NCBI GenBank assembly: GCA_949289575.1
Contig: CASEOG010000002.1
Location: 92,590-156,589, forward strand
DNA: 64,000 nucleotides
Direction of reading: 5' to 3'
From: an uncultured Spirochaetales bacterium
GTDB lineage: Bacteria > Spirochaetota > Spirochaetia > JAFGXN01
The notes under the pieces were generated by a model. It was not told the origin of the DNA. It saw only the letters and a program-made list of their open reading frames with translations, and searched no databases. A program made the position numbers and the translations under genes. Shown here piece by piece: positions 47,166-56,188 of the stretch (within the stretch, counting starts at the first letter, position 1; the number at the start of each line of letters is the position of its first letter).

Positions 47166-48053
47166 CTATTCGATGAAAGCGGCCCTGTTCATTTCCTGTG
47201 TCAGCATAAGCCGAAAGTAGTTAAAAATCCGTTCCTTTTTGTAGACGGGAAGAAAGGGAAGCAAACCTTCCGTTTTTGTCTGAAAGAATTTCAGTTCTTC
47301 CTGTATTTCCGACGGCAATAAAGGTGTTTTTTTCCCGATCAGTCTGTCTTCCGTCTGCTTAATCCGGATAATGTGCCGGCCGTCTATATTGAAAGCGAAA
47401 TTGATTTTCTCCAAAACAGATCTGTTTTTTCGTACGGCATAACACATCATGAAATAATCCTGTGTTCGGATAACGCACCCGGGCAAAGTCGAGAATCCGT
47501 ATAAATTGAAGCGTCCGGTCGGAACTCTTATTTTTGTTATGATTTCTCCCGGTTTCAGCCTGATTGTGTTGTTTTCGTCGAGGAACCGTTTAATTTCGAG
47601 AAAACGGGTTGAATGCTGCGATCTGACTTCGAGAAACGAGTCGAGAATCAGAAGAACCGGTAACAGCAGCAGTTTTCTGTCGGAAACAGCCAGGTTTCCG
47701 CCGACTGTTGCTGTATTTCTCAGCGCGGGCGTTCCGATGGCCTGTACGGCATATTTGAGAACCGGGGGAAGAAAACGGGATTCTTTCCGCCTCAGGATTT
47801 CTCCGAGAGTAACGGCGGAACCGATTTCCACGAAATTTTCGTATCGGCGCATGATTTTCAGTTCCTCGACTCGTCTTAATGAAATGATTTGCCGGTTGAA
47901 TACCGGCATACGTGTCGTCTGATGCGAGAGAATGTCTGTTCCTCCCGCATAAATCAGAGCATCCGGATTCTTGGTCAGGAGTTCGAGAGCTTCGCTTAAA
48001 TGTGTCGGCATGTAAACCAGTGAAAGACGGTTATTTTCGGCTGATATGTTCAT
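47166..48053 (-). CDS. FAD-binding subunit of a xanthine dehydrogenase/CO dehydrogenase-family molybdoenzyme (CoxM/XdhB-like)
   Basis: LIYAGGTDIL FAD-binding motif and CoxM-like length. Overlaps the 2Fe-2S subunit gene. Confidence 0.7.
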   Translation of the reverse strand: MNISAENNRLSLVYMPTHLSEALELLTKNPDALIYAGGTDILSHQTTRMPVFNRQIISLRRVEELKIMRRYENFVEIGSAVTLGEILRRKESRFLPPVLKYAVQAIGTPALRNTATVGGNLAVSDRKLLLLPVLLILDSFLEVRSQHSTRFLEIKRFLDENNTIRLKPGEIITKIRVPTGRFNLYGFSTLPGCVIRTQDYFMMCYAVRKNRSVLEKINFAFNIDGRHIIRIKQTEDRLIGKKTPLLPSEIQEELKFFQTKTEGLLPFLPVYKKERIFNYFRLMLTQEMNRAAFIE

Positions 48054-48534
48054 ATTCCGGCCTCGGGTTTGTTCCCCGTTCGTTCTTGATGATTTGCTCC
48101 GCTATCGACAGCAGGAGCGACGGACTCGTACAGTTGCACTGATTCCCTTTCAGCGCTTGGGTGAGAGATTCGGTACTTGAATTTTCCTCCGAGTTGATAA
48201 ATTCGTGAATGGCAAAAATTTTCCCCCATCGGCAGAAATCACACGGATAGTAGGAGTTTTCGTTAAAAGCCCGGTCGATTCTCCGGTATTCCTCCGTTTT
48301 CATGTATCCTTCCGCTGTCAGGACCGTTCTGTCTTTGAGTTCGAATGCCGGAAGCGTACAGCTGGAAACAATGTGTCCGTCCAGAAGAATAGAGCAGTTT
48401 CCGCAGGCCCCCTGATAACAGGATGCTTTTGTTTTCTGTAATCCGAAATTTTCCCGCAGAACATCAATAACCCGTTTCGTGCCGGGAATATCGATAACGG
48501 TTTTTTCTCCGTTCAGGGTAAAGGGAATAATCAT
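48031..48534 (-). CDS. [2Fe-2S]-binding small subunit of a xanthine dehydrogenase-family molybdoenzyme (CoxS-like)
   Basis: CYQGACGNCSILLDGHIVSSCTLP ferredoxin-type motif plus second Cys cluster CDFC. Confidence 0.8.
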   Translation of the reverse strand: MIIPFTLNGEKTVIDIPGTKRVIDVLRENFGLQKTKASCYQGACGNCSILLDGHIVSSCTLPAFELKDRTVLTAEGYMKTEEYRRIDRAFNENSYYPCDFCRWGKIFAIHEFINSEENSSTESLTQALKGNQCNCTSPSLLLSIAEQIIKNERGTNPRPEYEHISRK

Positions 48535-50588
48535 TTCTCGGCCTCTCCGATATTAAAAATTCGTTCATTGCTGATCGGCATATCTTTTAAATCTTTATTG
48601 ATAGCCTGTCCGATGGCCGAAAGGAGCGCGGCGGGGATCAGGCTGTAGGCGATTTCACCGATTCCTTTTTCAAATCCGGTTTCCGAGCTGCAGAATATGA
48701 TCTCGATTTCGGGGATGCGGTCGATACCCGGATAGTAAAAGAGCGATTCGTTGATCAGGTTCTGATAACTTTCATCGCGGGTTGCCCATAGAATACTCTG
48801 AATAACCGCGTTTTCGATTTTTTGTCTGGCAACGGCCCGGTTGTTTACATATCCGCAGTCGATGATGAGGGTCACCTTTTCGATAATCAGTTCCATTGTC
48901 AGGAATTTGACGGAAACCTCGACGACTGCGGCTCCGCATGTTGCCGAGGTGTAAAGGTATTTTTTCCGGTTACGGGCCTGCAGATCCGAGGACGTTTTTT
49001 CGACCGTGATTTCGCAGTTTCTTCCGTGTGTGTTCCGTTTTTCTTTCATTTCGGCCGCGCACAGTTTAATCAATCTGTTGATTGTCGAAATATTACCGCT
49101 CAAAAGGGCCGGTCCGTTGGCCGCCGCATCGTCGGAAAAGGAATAGGAAAGGGCGACATTTTTGGCAGAAATTCCCAAAACGGAGGCGGCCGATTCCTTC
49201 CAGACCGAGCGTGTTTCACGGCTCCCCGGAATCGAGGCCACCGTTATTTTTACCGTTTTTTCGTCCGTACTGCTCATGCGGACCACCTGATTAAAGCGAC
49301 CTTTATTCATGTTGAGTCCGTTTGCCTGAAACGCGGTGCTCAGCCCGATACCGTGAATCACCGAAACGGGAAAGGCGGAAGATTTCTTTTTACGCATGTG
49401 TTCGTAGGCCGCATATTTCCTGGTAAAATCGGTTTTGTTGTTCAGATCGGCCAGCAGAATCGGAAAAATATCTTTTTTTTCGTGGTTGATATTGCGAAAA
49501 AAGGCGTGATTTAAATTGGCCAGCCGCAGTTCGATCGGGGATACTTCCTTGGCTTTTGCCAGTCTGTTCATAAACATTTCCGTCGCAAAAAAGAATTGAG
49601 GCAGACTGATTCCCGAAAAGAAATCGGTCGGAGGCGCTTTCGAGGAGCAGGCCTCTCCTCTGATTTTCAGAGAGGGAGATTTGTAAAAATAGCGTGCGCC
49701 GAAAGCCGCTGTCTCGATCATTTCTTTTGTAAACGGAAAATATGCTCCGCAGAAGTAAGTAAAAGAAAAGTTGAGGGAACGGAATTTCAGGCTTTCTTCG
49801 ATACCGGCATCAATAAAGAAGAGTCCGGGAGCTCTCTTCCCCGAATAAAGAATATCTTCCTGTTTCGATAAGACCAGCTTGATGCTTTTTTTTAATCTGA
49901 CCGCAGCGAAAGAAGCAAGAGCGGCCAGAATGGAAGGCTGCCAGATTTTGCCGTCGAATGTCGGGCTCGATTTGGCAGGCATTACCATGACTTTTTCCCC
50001 GGGAAGCCCTGTTATATATTTTACCGTCTCTTTGACATGCTTGGGCCATTCGGAGGAGATAATCACTTTCAGCCGGGCCGGAGTATACTCGATAAAAACG
50101 CCTTGGGAATCGGGATAAAAATGTTCCTGAATGGGTGTATTGAACGAACTCATCAGCGTCGGTTCTGTCGCCTCCGGCTGTTCTCCGTCGTTTTCGGTAT
50201 AAAGGGTCTGGTAAAGAACCGTTTGCCCGTTCAGGTCGGAGAAGACCGATTCCAGCATCTCTTTTTCTTTGTATTCGATTTCAATTGATTCCCGAACCAG
50301 TTTCAGGTCTTCTTTTGTCGGGGCCGTAATGAGAAGAACCGGTTCTCCTCTGTAGCGGACTTCTTTGGCTGCCAGCAGAGGAATTCTGAGCTTGTTGACT
50401 GTGATAAAATTTTTGGTGTCCAGGTCTCCTGCCTGAAAAACGGAGACGCCTTTCGGCAGATTTTCGGGAATTTTAATGCGACGGATGCGTCCTTCCGTTA
50501 TTTTCGACCGCAGAAAGCCCGCATAAAGCATTCCTTCCTTTCGGATGTCGCTGACGTAATCTGGATAATCACCGGAATCTATGTTCAT
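48531..50588 (-). CDS. Molybdopterin-binding large subunit of a xanthine dehydrogenase/aldehyde oxidase-family enzyme (CoxL/XdhA-like), somewhat short (685 aa)
   Basis: N-terminal a/b-hammerhead block (MLYAGFLRSKITEGRIRRIKIP…GVSVFQAGDL) and C-terminal GIGEIAYSLIPAALLSAIGQAI catalytic-Glu block. Confidence 0.7.
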   Translation of the reverse strand: MNIDSGDYPDYVSDIRKEGMLYAGFLRSKITEGRIRRIKIPENLPKGVSVFQAGDLDTKNFITVNKLRIPLLAAKEVRYRGEPVLLITAPTKEDLKLVRESIEIEYKEKEMLESVFSDLNGQTVLYQTLYTENDGEQPEATEPTLMSSFNTPIQEHFYPDSQGVFIEYTPARLKVIISSEWPKHVKETVKYITGLPGEKVMVMPAKSSPTFDGKIWQPSILAALASFAAVRLKKSIKLVLSKQEDILYSGKRAPGLFFIDAGIEESLKFRSLNFSFTYFCGAYFPFTKEMIETAAFGARYFYKSPSLKIRGEACSSKAPPTDFFSGISLPQFFFATEMFMNRLAKAKEVSPIELRLANLNHAFFRNINHEKKDIFPILLADLNNKTDFTRKYAAYEHMRKKKSSAFPVSVIHGIGLSTAFQANGLNMNKGRFNQVVRMSSTDEKTVKITVASIPGSRETRSVWKESAASVLGISAKNVALSYSFSDDAAANGPALLSGNISTINRLIKLCAAEMKEKRNTHGRNCEITVEKTSSDLQARNRKKYLYTSATCGAAVVEVSVKFLTMELIIEKVTLIIDCGYVNNRAVARQKIENAVIQSILWATRDESYQNLINESLFYYPGIDRIPEIEIIFCSSETGFEKGIGEIAYSLIPAALLSAIGQAINKDLKDMPISNERIFNIGEAEK

Positions 50589-51745
50589 TTGAATATATTA
50601 TACACGGTTCTTTTAAAAACCGCTATTACATATTTTATTTCTTTTCTGCTCATGGCCGAAAAAAGCGGGAGAGAGAGGATTTCTCCGTAGGCCGATGTTG
50701 CTTCCGGAAGTTCTTTCTCGGTTTCGGCCGTGACAGTGCGGAAAAAGCTCATCAGGTGAAGAGGACGGTAATGTACGGAGCAACAGATGCCGGCAGCTTT
50801 CAGGGCGGCGTAGACTTCATCCCGTTTTTTCCTGCCGACTCGGACAATGTAAAGATGGAACGAGGATTCGCTGTCGAAAGGCAGGAGGGAGATTCCCGGT
50901 AAATCCGAGAATTCTTTGGTATAGAGAAGAGCAATCTTCTTTCTGGATTCTTTCATGGAAAGAACCCGCTTCATTTGCGACAGTCCCAGTGCGGCTGCCG
51001 TGTCGGTCAGATTGTACTTGTATCCGCGGCAGACAACATCGTAAGTCGGCGGGGCGTCGGGAGACGAATAGCGGTTCCAGACATCCCGGTCGATTCCGTG
51101 AAGACGGGCTTTTCGAATGAAATCCGCCGCTTTCGGATCGGATGTGACAACCATTCCGCCTTCTCCCGTTGTCATTGTTTTTGTGGCATAAAACGAATAG
51201 ACACCGATATCGCCCAGAGTCCCCTGATAACGGTTCCGGCAGGTCCCCGGAAAGCTGTGGGCAGCATCTTCTATCACTTTTATGTTTTTCGGGCGGCATA
51301 TTTCGAGAATTTCGTCCATTTTGCAGGACCGTCCGCTGTGGTGCACGGGAATAACAGCTTTGACACGCGGTCCGTATTTTTCGATTGTCCGGGCAAGTGC
51401 TGCCGGGGCAATGTTCAGTGTGTCCGGCTCGATATCGGCCAGAGCCGGCGTGGCCCCGCAGTACAGAACAGCTTCCGCGGTTGCGGCAAAAGTCATGGCC
51501 GGAACAATAACGATATCGCCTTCTCCGATATCCTGTGACAGAAGGGCCAGATGAAGGCCCGCCGTTGCGGAACTGACGGCGAATGCATAAGGAACATTTA
51601 AGAAATTTTTAAATGAATCCTCAAAACGGGCGCAGACACCGGCAGTCGTAATCCAGCCGCTTTTTAAGACGCGGTCGACGGCGTGACGGTCCCGGCGGGT
51701 AATATCGGGTTTGGCAAAGGGAACGGTTTTAAATTTCCGGCTCAT
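50585..51745 (-). CDS. DegT/DnrJ/EryC1/StrS-family PLP aminotransferase (sugar aminotransferase)
   Basis: VIPVHHSG…, FSFYATKTMTTGEGG (PLP lysine) motifs. ATG at 51745 chosen. Confidence 0.8.
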   Translation of the reverse strand: MSRKFKTVPFAKPDITRRDRHAVDRVLKSGWITTAGVCARFEDSFKNFLNVPYAFAVSSATAGLHLALLSQDIGEGDIVIVPAMTFAATAEAVLYCGATPALADIEPDTLNIAPAALARTIEKYGPRVKAVIPVHHSGRSCKMDEILEICRPKNIKVIEDAAHSFPGTCRNRYQGTLGDIGVYSFYATKTMTTGEGGMVVTSDPKAADFIRKARLHGIDRDVWNRYSSPDAPPTYDVVCRGYKYNLTDTAAALGLSQMKRVLSMKESRKKIALLYTKEFSDLPGISLLPFDSESSFHLYIVRVGRKKRDEVYAALKAAGICCSVHYRPLHLMSFFRTVTAETEKELPEATSAYGEILSLPLFSAMSRKEIKYVIAVFKRTVYNIFK

Positions 51746-53207
51746 CGGGTCGATCCTGCAGTGTCGGGGCATAAGATTGTAAGAGTTTTCTTAACAGGCG
51801 GCGATTCCGGTAAATTTCCCGTCTGTCCCTGTCGAGAAAACAGAGAGGTCTCAGTTTTTCCAGAAAAGAGGAAAGTTCCGGTTTCGGGTGCGCGGCCCGG
51901 TTTAATCTGCCGATTTTCGGATAACCTGTCGGTGTGACGGTTTCTTCTTCGGTGAAAAGATGTTCCGTCAGTTTTTCGCCTTCCCTCAAACCGGTAATCA
52001 TAATCGGAATATCTTTATACGGTTCGAATCCGTTGTAAAGAATCATCTGTTCGGCCAATTCCCGAATGAGAATCGGACTGCCCATATCCAGAATATAGGT
52101 CTCTCCGCCTTTTCCCATGCCGCCGGCACGGAGAACCAGACTGCTGGCTTCCGGTATTGTCATAAAATAACGGCTGACCTCGGGGTGCGTCAGAGTAACG
52201 GGACCGCCGGCTTCAATCTGATGTTTGAAGAGAGGAACAATACTGCCGCTCGATGCCAGAACATTTCCGAAGCGGACCACCATAAAGTCCGATCGGCTGT
52301 CGCCGGCACTGAGAACAAGATCTTCGCACAGCTCTTTGGAAACGCCGTAGGTACATGATGGTTCGACCGCTTTATCCGTGGAAATCAGTACAAACTTTTT
52401 AACGGGAATTTTTTTGGCGGCAAGAAGCAGGTTCTCCGTCCCGAAAACATTGTTCTTGATGCATTCGATCGGATTTTCTTCCATAATGGGAACATGTTTG
52501 TATGCCGCGCAATGGAAGATGATATCGCAGCGAAGCCGTTGCAGAAGTGATTCCAGATGGTCCTTATCCTGCAGATTACAGACAACGGAAATGACTTTTG
52601 CATCGGTTCCGATTCCGTCCGCCTGAAGCAGCCGGAGTTCGTTTCCGATTCTGTAGAGATGTTCTTCGCAGTTATCCAGAAGGTAGAGACGTTGGGCCCC
52701 TCCGTAGAGCAGCTGTCGTGTCAGTTCGCTTCCGATGCTGCCGCCGGCGCCGGTAATCAAAACCCGCTTGCCGTGTAAATATTGGAGACTTTCCTGCAGG
52801 GGAATTGTAACAGGTGTTCGGCCGAGAAGATCTTCGACATTAATATTGCGGGTCAGAATCAGACGGGCATCTCCGCTGATAATTTGGGAAACCGTCGGCA
52901 GAAATTTCAATTCGGCCGTACCGCAACGCCGAATCAGTGCATAAATTTCTTTGAAACGGTGTTTCGGCAGAGACGGAATTGCCAGAATGACTTCATCGGG
53001 GTTTAATCCGGCGATAATTTCTTTCGCATCGGCAATCGGACCGAAAACCGGGATTCCGTTCTCTTCCGATCCGATTTTGGCGGGATCGTCGTCGATAAAG
53101 CCGACCGGCTGTCCCAGAACCGGTTTTCGCTCCATTTCCGAAGCTATTTCTTTTCCCGCGCTGCCGGCTCCGATGATAACAATCCGTTTCCGTTCCGGGG
53201 TATTCAT
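51729..53207 (-). CDS. Polysaccharide biosynthesis protein, CapD/PglF/WbpM-like NAD-dependent sugar 4,6-dehydratase
   Basis: Two Rossmann folds (IVIIGAGSAG, VLITGAGGSIGSEL) and SDR-type catalytic region. Confidence 0.8.
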   Translation of the reverse strand: MNTPERKRIVIIGAGSAGKEIASEMERKPVLGQPVGFIDDDPAKIGSEENGIPVFGPIADAKEIIAGLNPDEVILAIPSLPKHRFKEIYALIRRCGTAELKFLPTVSQIISGDARLILTRNINVEDLLGRTPVTIPLQESLQYLHGKRVLITGAGGSIGSELTRQLLYGGAQRLYLLDNCEEHLYRIGNELRLLQADGIGTDAKVISVVCNLQDKDHLESLLQRLRCDIIFHCAAYKHVPIMEENPIECIKNNVFGTENLLLAAKKIPVKKFVLISTDKAVEPSCTYGVSKELCEDLVLSAGDSRSDFMVVRFGNVLASSGSIVPLFKHQIEAGGPVTLTHPEVSRYFMTIPEASSLVLRAGGMGKGGETYILDMGSPILIRELAEQMILYNGFEPYKDIPIMITGLREGEKLTEHLFTEEETVTPTGYPKIGRLNRAAHPKPELSSFLEKLRPLCFLDRDRREIYRNRRLLRKLLQSYAPTLQDRPDEPEI

Positions 53208-54451
53208 TAAAAACCTCTTTTTCGTCTGCCGAATCCTTTAATTTTCAGGGCCTCTTTAACGGCTTCGATTTTTTCTTTGTCTTCCCGATTCTGCATGGTT
53301 ATTCCGACAAACGTTTTGAAAAAAACAAAGAAAACGGAAAGGAACATGACTGCCGCTGTGAAAAAAATACAAAATTTACCTCTGGAGGGCCCCGATTTAA
53401 TTTCGGGAATCTGCGGATACTCCAGAATCTGCAATGCCGAAATTTCACCGGACTGCTCCATCCGTGCCGCTTCCTGCTGCTGCCGCAAAAGAAGATAAAT
53501 CTGCTGTCTTAATTCCACTTCTCTTTTTAAAGCCGCGTACTGGGCAGACAAATCCTGAAGATTATTCATCGGGATGACATTCATCGAGTAACGTCCCGAA
53601 CCGGTTTCGAATTCTTTCAGCAGTTCTTTGGACTTTTGAATTTCTTTCACTTTCTGAATGACCGTCGGATCGGTTTTCGGACGGTATTCCGTCAGAAATT
53701 CCAGCTCCAGTTCTTTATTCAGAATTTCTTTGCTTGTGGCTGTATAAATCGAAAACTGATTCTGAACCTGGGATTCGAAATTATAAATCCCGTTGGTCTT
53801 TTGAAAGGCAAAAAGCTGCTGGTTGGCTTTCGTCAGATTCGCCTCGGCTTCTTTAATCTGTTCATTAAAAAAGAAAAATTTTTCATCCAACTGATTTCTG
53901 TAAAGTGTTTTATACCGTGTCTCGAGCAGCGGAACGGCTTTCGACAGTACTTTCCAGGCCAGTTGCGGATCGACATCCGTATAACTGATTGTCATGATGG
54001 ATGATTTTTCGTCTATCTCGAACTGAAACGATTCTTTCAACCGGTTAATCAGGTTGGTTTTCTGCGGATGCCGAATATCGTAGATTTCGTAAAAATTGAA
54101 TTCGGGAGATGCCGCCAGTTCGAGAAGAAAAGTTTCGCCGAAAAGAAGTTTTTCCAATAACATTGTATTGGTATTTTGTCCGCTTGTCAGATTGAGAAGG
54201 GCGGCCATCGGATTGGAGCCGGTGCCTTGCGCAAACGGATTGGCCGAATTCCCCGTCTGCATAAAGACCATTTCACAGGAAGAGGTGAAGCGGTCGGGCA
54301 TGAGTGATTTTCGCGGATCGTTTATTTTGGTAATCAGTGCAAAAGAAAACGAAAAAATCATGGCGCAGATTGTCGGAATAATAATCAGCCATTTTCCTTT
54401 TGCCAAAATCAAAAGAACATCATACATTGATATTTTTGTATCTTGTTCCAT
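53207..54451 (-). CDS. Wzz/GumC-like polysaccharide chain-length determinant protein
   Basis: N-terminal TM helix, long coiled-coil periplasmic region, C-terminal TM helix (FCIFFTAAVMFLSVFFVFF). AT-rich. Confidence 0.65.
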   Translation of the reverse strand: MEQDTKISMYDVLLILAKGKWLIIIPTICAMIFSFSFALITKINDPRKSLMPDRFTSSCEMVFMQTGNSANPFAQGTGSNPMAALLNLTSGQNTNTMLLEKLLFGETFLLELAASPEFNFYEIYDIRHPQKTNLINRLKESFQFEIDEKSSIMTISYTDVDPQLAWKVLSKAVPLLETRYKTLYRNQLDEKFFFFNEQIKEAEANLTKANQQLFAFQKTNGIYNFESQVQNQFSIYTATSKEILNKELELEFLTEYRPKTDPTVIQKVKEIQKSKELLKEFETGSGRYSMNVIPMNNLQDLSAQYAALKREVELRQQIYLLLRQQQEAARMEQSGEISALQILEYPQIPEIKSGPSRGKFCIFFTAAVMFLSVFFVFFKTFVGITMQNREDKEKIEAVKEALKIKGFGRRKRGF

Positions 54452-54579
54452 TTATATACTCCGGGAAAAATAATGATTTCATTATATAGGGAATTGGCGA
54501 TTTTCACAAGAGAAAAGGATATTTTTTGCTTGAACATTTTTCGCTTCCTGCCGAAAAAAAAGAAGAGGGGTCCGAATTT

Positions 54580-56187
54580 ATGAAAAGACAAATTCTTCTG
54601 TGTCTGTTTCTTTATGCCTCGTTTGCGGTGTCGGCACAAAATTCAGAAGTGAAAATGAATTGCCGTGTCCTGACGCCCGAAGAATACGGCGGAAACGGAT
54701 ATATTGTTTCCCATAAGGATTTAATCGACGGAGCTTTTGTCGAAGTCACTAATTTGAGCAATCTGAAAAAGTCAACAGCTGTCGTTCGTCGAAATACGGC
54801 AGTTGATCGGCAGGGTTTGGTTTCGGGTGTTCTGGCCGTCAATTTGGGTATTCCGTTTAACGGCAGTGCCGATGTTTCGATTCGCTATATCTCTTTTCTG
54901 AACAGCCGGGATGATGTTTATGCTCCCTTTTATACAGGCGATGAAACCGATCGGAGCCGTCTGGAGACTGTCATAGCCGAGAAAAAACAACAGCAGGAGC
55001 AAGAAGAGGAAGTCCGATCGGCCGGAGCGCCGGCGGCGACCGGTCTTCCGACTGTTGCCGATGAAGCGGTTCTCCCCGGCTCTTCCGTAAACGAAAAAAC
55101 GGAAAGATTACCGATTCCCGAATGGAAAGAAGCAGAAGAAGCGCGGCTTGTACTGAATGAGAGGAAAGAAAATCCCTCCGATCACTCCCGTGACGGGGAG
55201 TGGAACCGTTCGGCATTGCCCGATCCCGCACTTTTTGAAATGAGTTATATCGACGAGCGGCTGCTTCGCGACGGAACGGAACAGAACCGGGAAGCGCCTC
55301 TTCCCGAGTTGGAGATTGAGAGTCCCGGTTACGTTTGGGACAGAACTGATGTCTCCCGCGGTGATTCGGGATATACCCGGACTGTCGATGAAATCCCGGT
55401 TTGGAAACAGGAGATGACGACAGAATCCTATATGCCCCGTCCCCGAAACGTAACAGTCAGCGTGAACGGGAAGGAGATCGGACTGACACACTATCCCGAA
55501 ATTGAGAGCGACTGTTATCGGATTGTCGATGATAAAACGCAGGTGAAAAAAATAAACGAGTTATTTCGTCTGGATCGGATTTCTCTTCCGGAAACGGTTG
55601 TCGGTACGGGGGTGGAAGATCCGATTGGCAGTGAAGAATCCTATACCCCGGGTGAAGTGGCGGAACCCCGCATTGTTCAGGTCCCGATAGGTGAACCGCA
55701 GACTGTGACCGAAGAACCGCAGACTGTCACCGAAGAACCGCAGACTGTCACCGAGGAACCGCAGACTGTCACCGAGGAACCGCAGACTGTGACCGAAGAA
55801 CCGCAGACTGTGACCGAGGAACCGCAGACTGTCACCGAGGAACCGCAGACTGTCACCGAGGAACCGCAGACTGTCACCGAGGAACCGCAGACTGTCACCG
55901 AAGAACCTCAGAAAATTATCATTGAGGAACCGAAACGGCCCGAATCTCCGTTAATCAGCGGAGCCCTTTATCTGCAGACCGGAGCCTTTCTGACCGAAGC
56001 GGCTGCGGAAAACCGTGCCGCCAAACTGCGGGAAATCTTTCCGACGGTTGTTTTTCGTACGGAAACGGACGGTCGGGTCATGTATAAAGTGGCTGTCGGA
56101 CCCGTAACGCCCGATGAAATCGGTGTTATCCGCCTTTATTTAAAATCATTGCGTATATCGGACGCCTTTCCGATTATAGGTCGCTGA
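54580..56187 (+). CDS. RlpA-like (degenerate DPBB) / SPOR-domain protein containing 10 tandem EPQTVTE heptads
   Basis: Signal peptide from ATG 54580. N-terminal block VEVTNLSNLKKSTAVVRRN…DRQGLVSG resembles the RlpA double-psi beta-barrel. C-terminal SPOR domain (ALYLQTGAFLTEAAAENRAAKLREIFPTVVFRTETDGRVMYKVAVGPV). Confidence 0.6.
   Translation: MKRQILLCLFLYASFAVSAQNSEVKMNCRVLTPEEYGGNGYIVSHKDLIDGAFVEVTNLSNLKKSTAVVRRNTAVDRQGLVSGVLAVNLGIPFNGSADVSIRYISFLNSRDDVYAPFYTGDETDRSRLETVIAEKKQQQEQEEEVRSAGAPAATGLPTVADEAVLPGSSVNEKTERLPIPEWKEAEEARLVLNERKENPSDHSRDGEWNRSALPDPALFEMSYIDERLLRDGTEQNREAPLPELEIESPGYVWDRTDVSRGDSGYTRTVDEIPVWKQEMTTESYMPRPRNVTVSVNGKEIGLTHYPEIESDCYRIVDDKTQVKKINELFRLDRISLPETVVGTGVEDPIGSEESYTPGEVAEPRIVQVPIGEPQTVTEEPQTVTEEPQTVTEEPQTVTEEPQTVTEEPQTVTEEPQTVTEEPQTVTEEPQTVTEEPQTVTEEPQKIIIEEPKRPESPLISGALYLQTGAFLTEAAAENRAAKLREIFPTVVFRTETDGRVMYKVAVGPVTPDEIGVIRLYLKSLRISDAFPIIGR
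55693..55902 (+). repeat. 10 perfect-to-near-perfect tandem copies of a 21-bp unit (GAACCGCAGACTGTCACCGAR) encoding EPQTVTE
   Basis: Read directly in sequence. Copies differ only at wobble positions (GTC/GTG, GAA/GAG). An 11th degenerate copy follows (GAACCTCAGAAAATT). Confidence 0.9.
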
Positions 56188-56188
56188 G

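Noticed and set aside
55693-55902. Possible CRISPR array (regular short repeats)
   Set aside because: Repeats are 21 bp, directly abutting with no spacers, in frame inside a clearly coding ORF, and encode EPQTVTE heptads. This is a protein tandem repeat, not a CRISPR.
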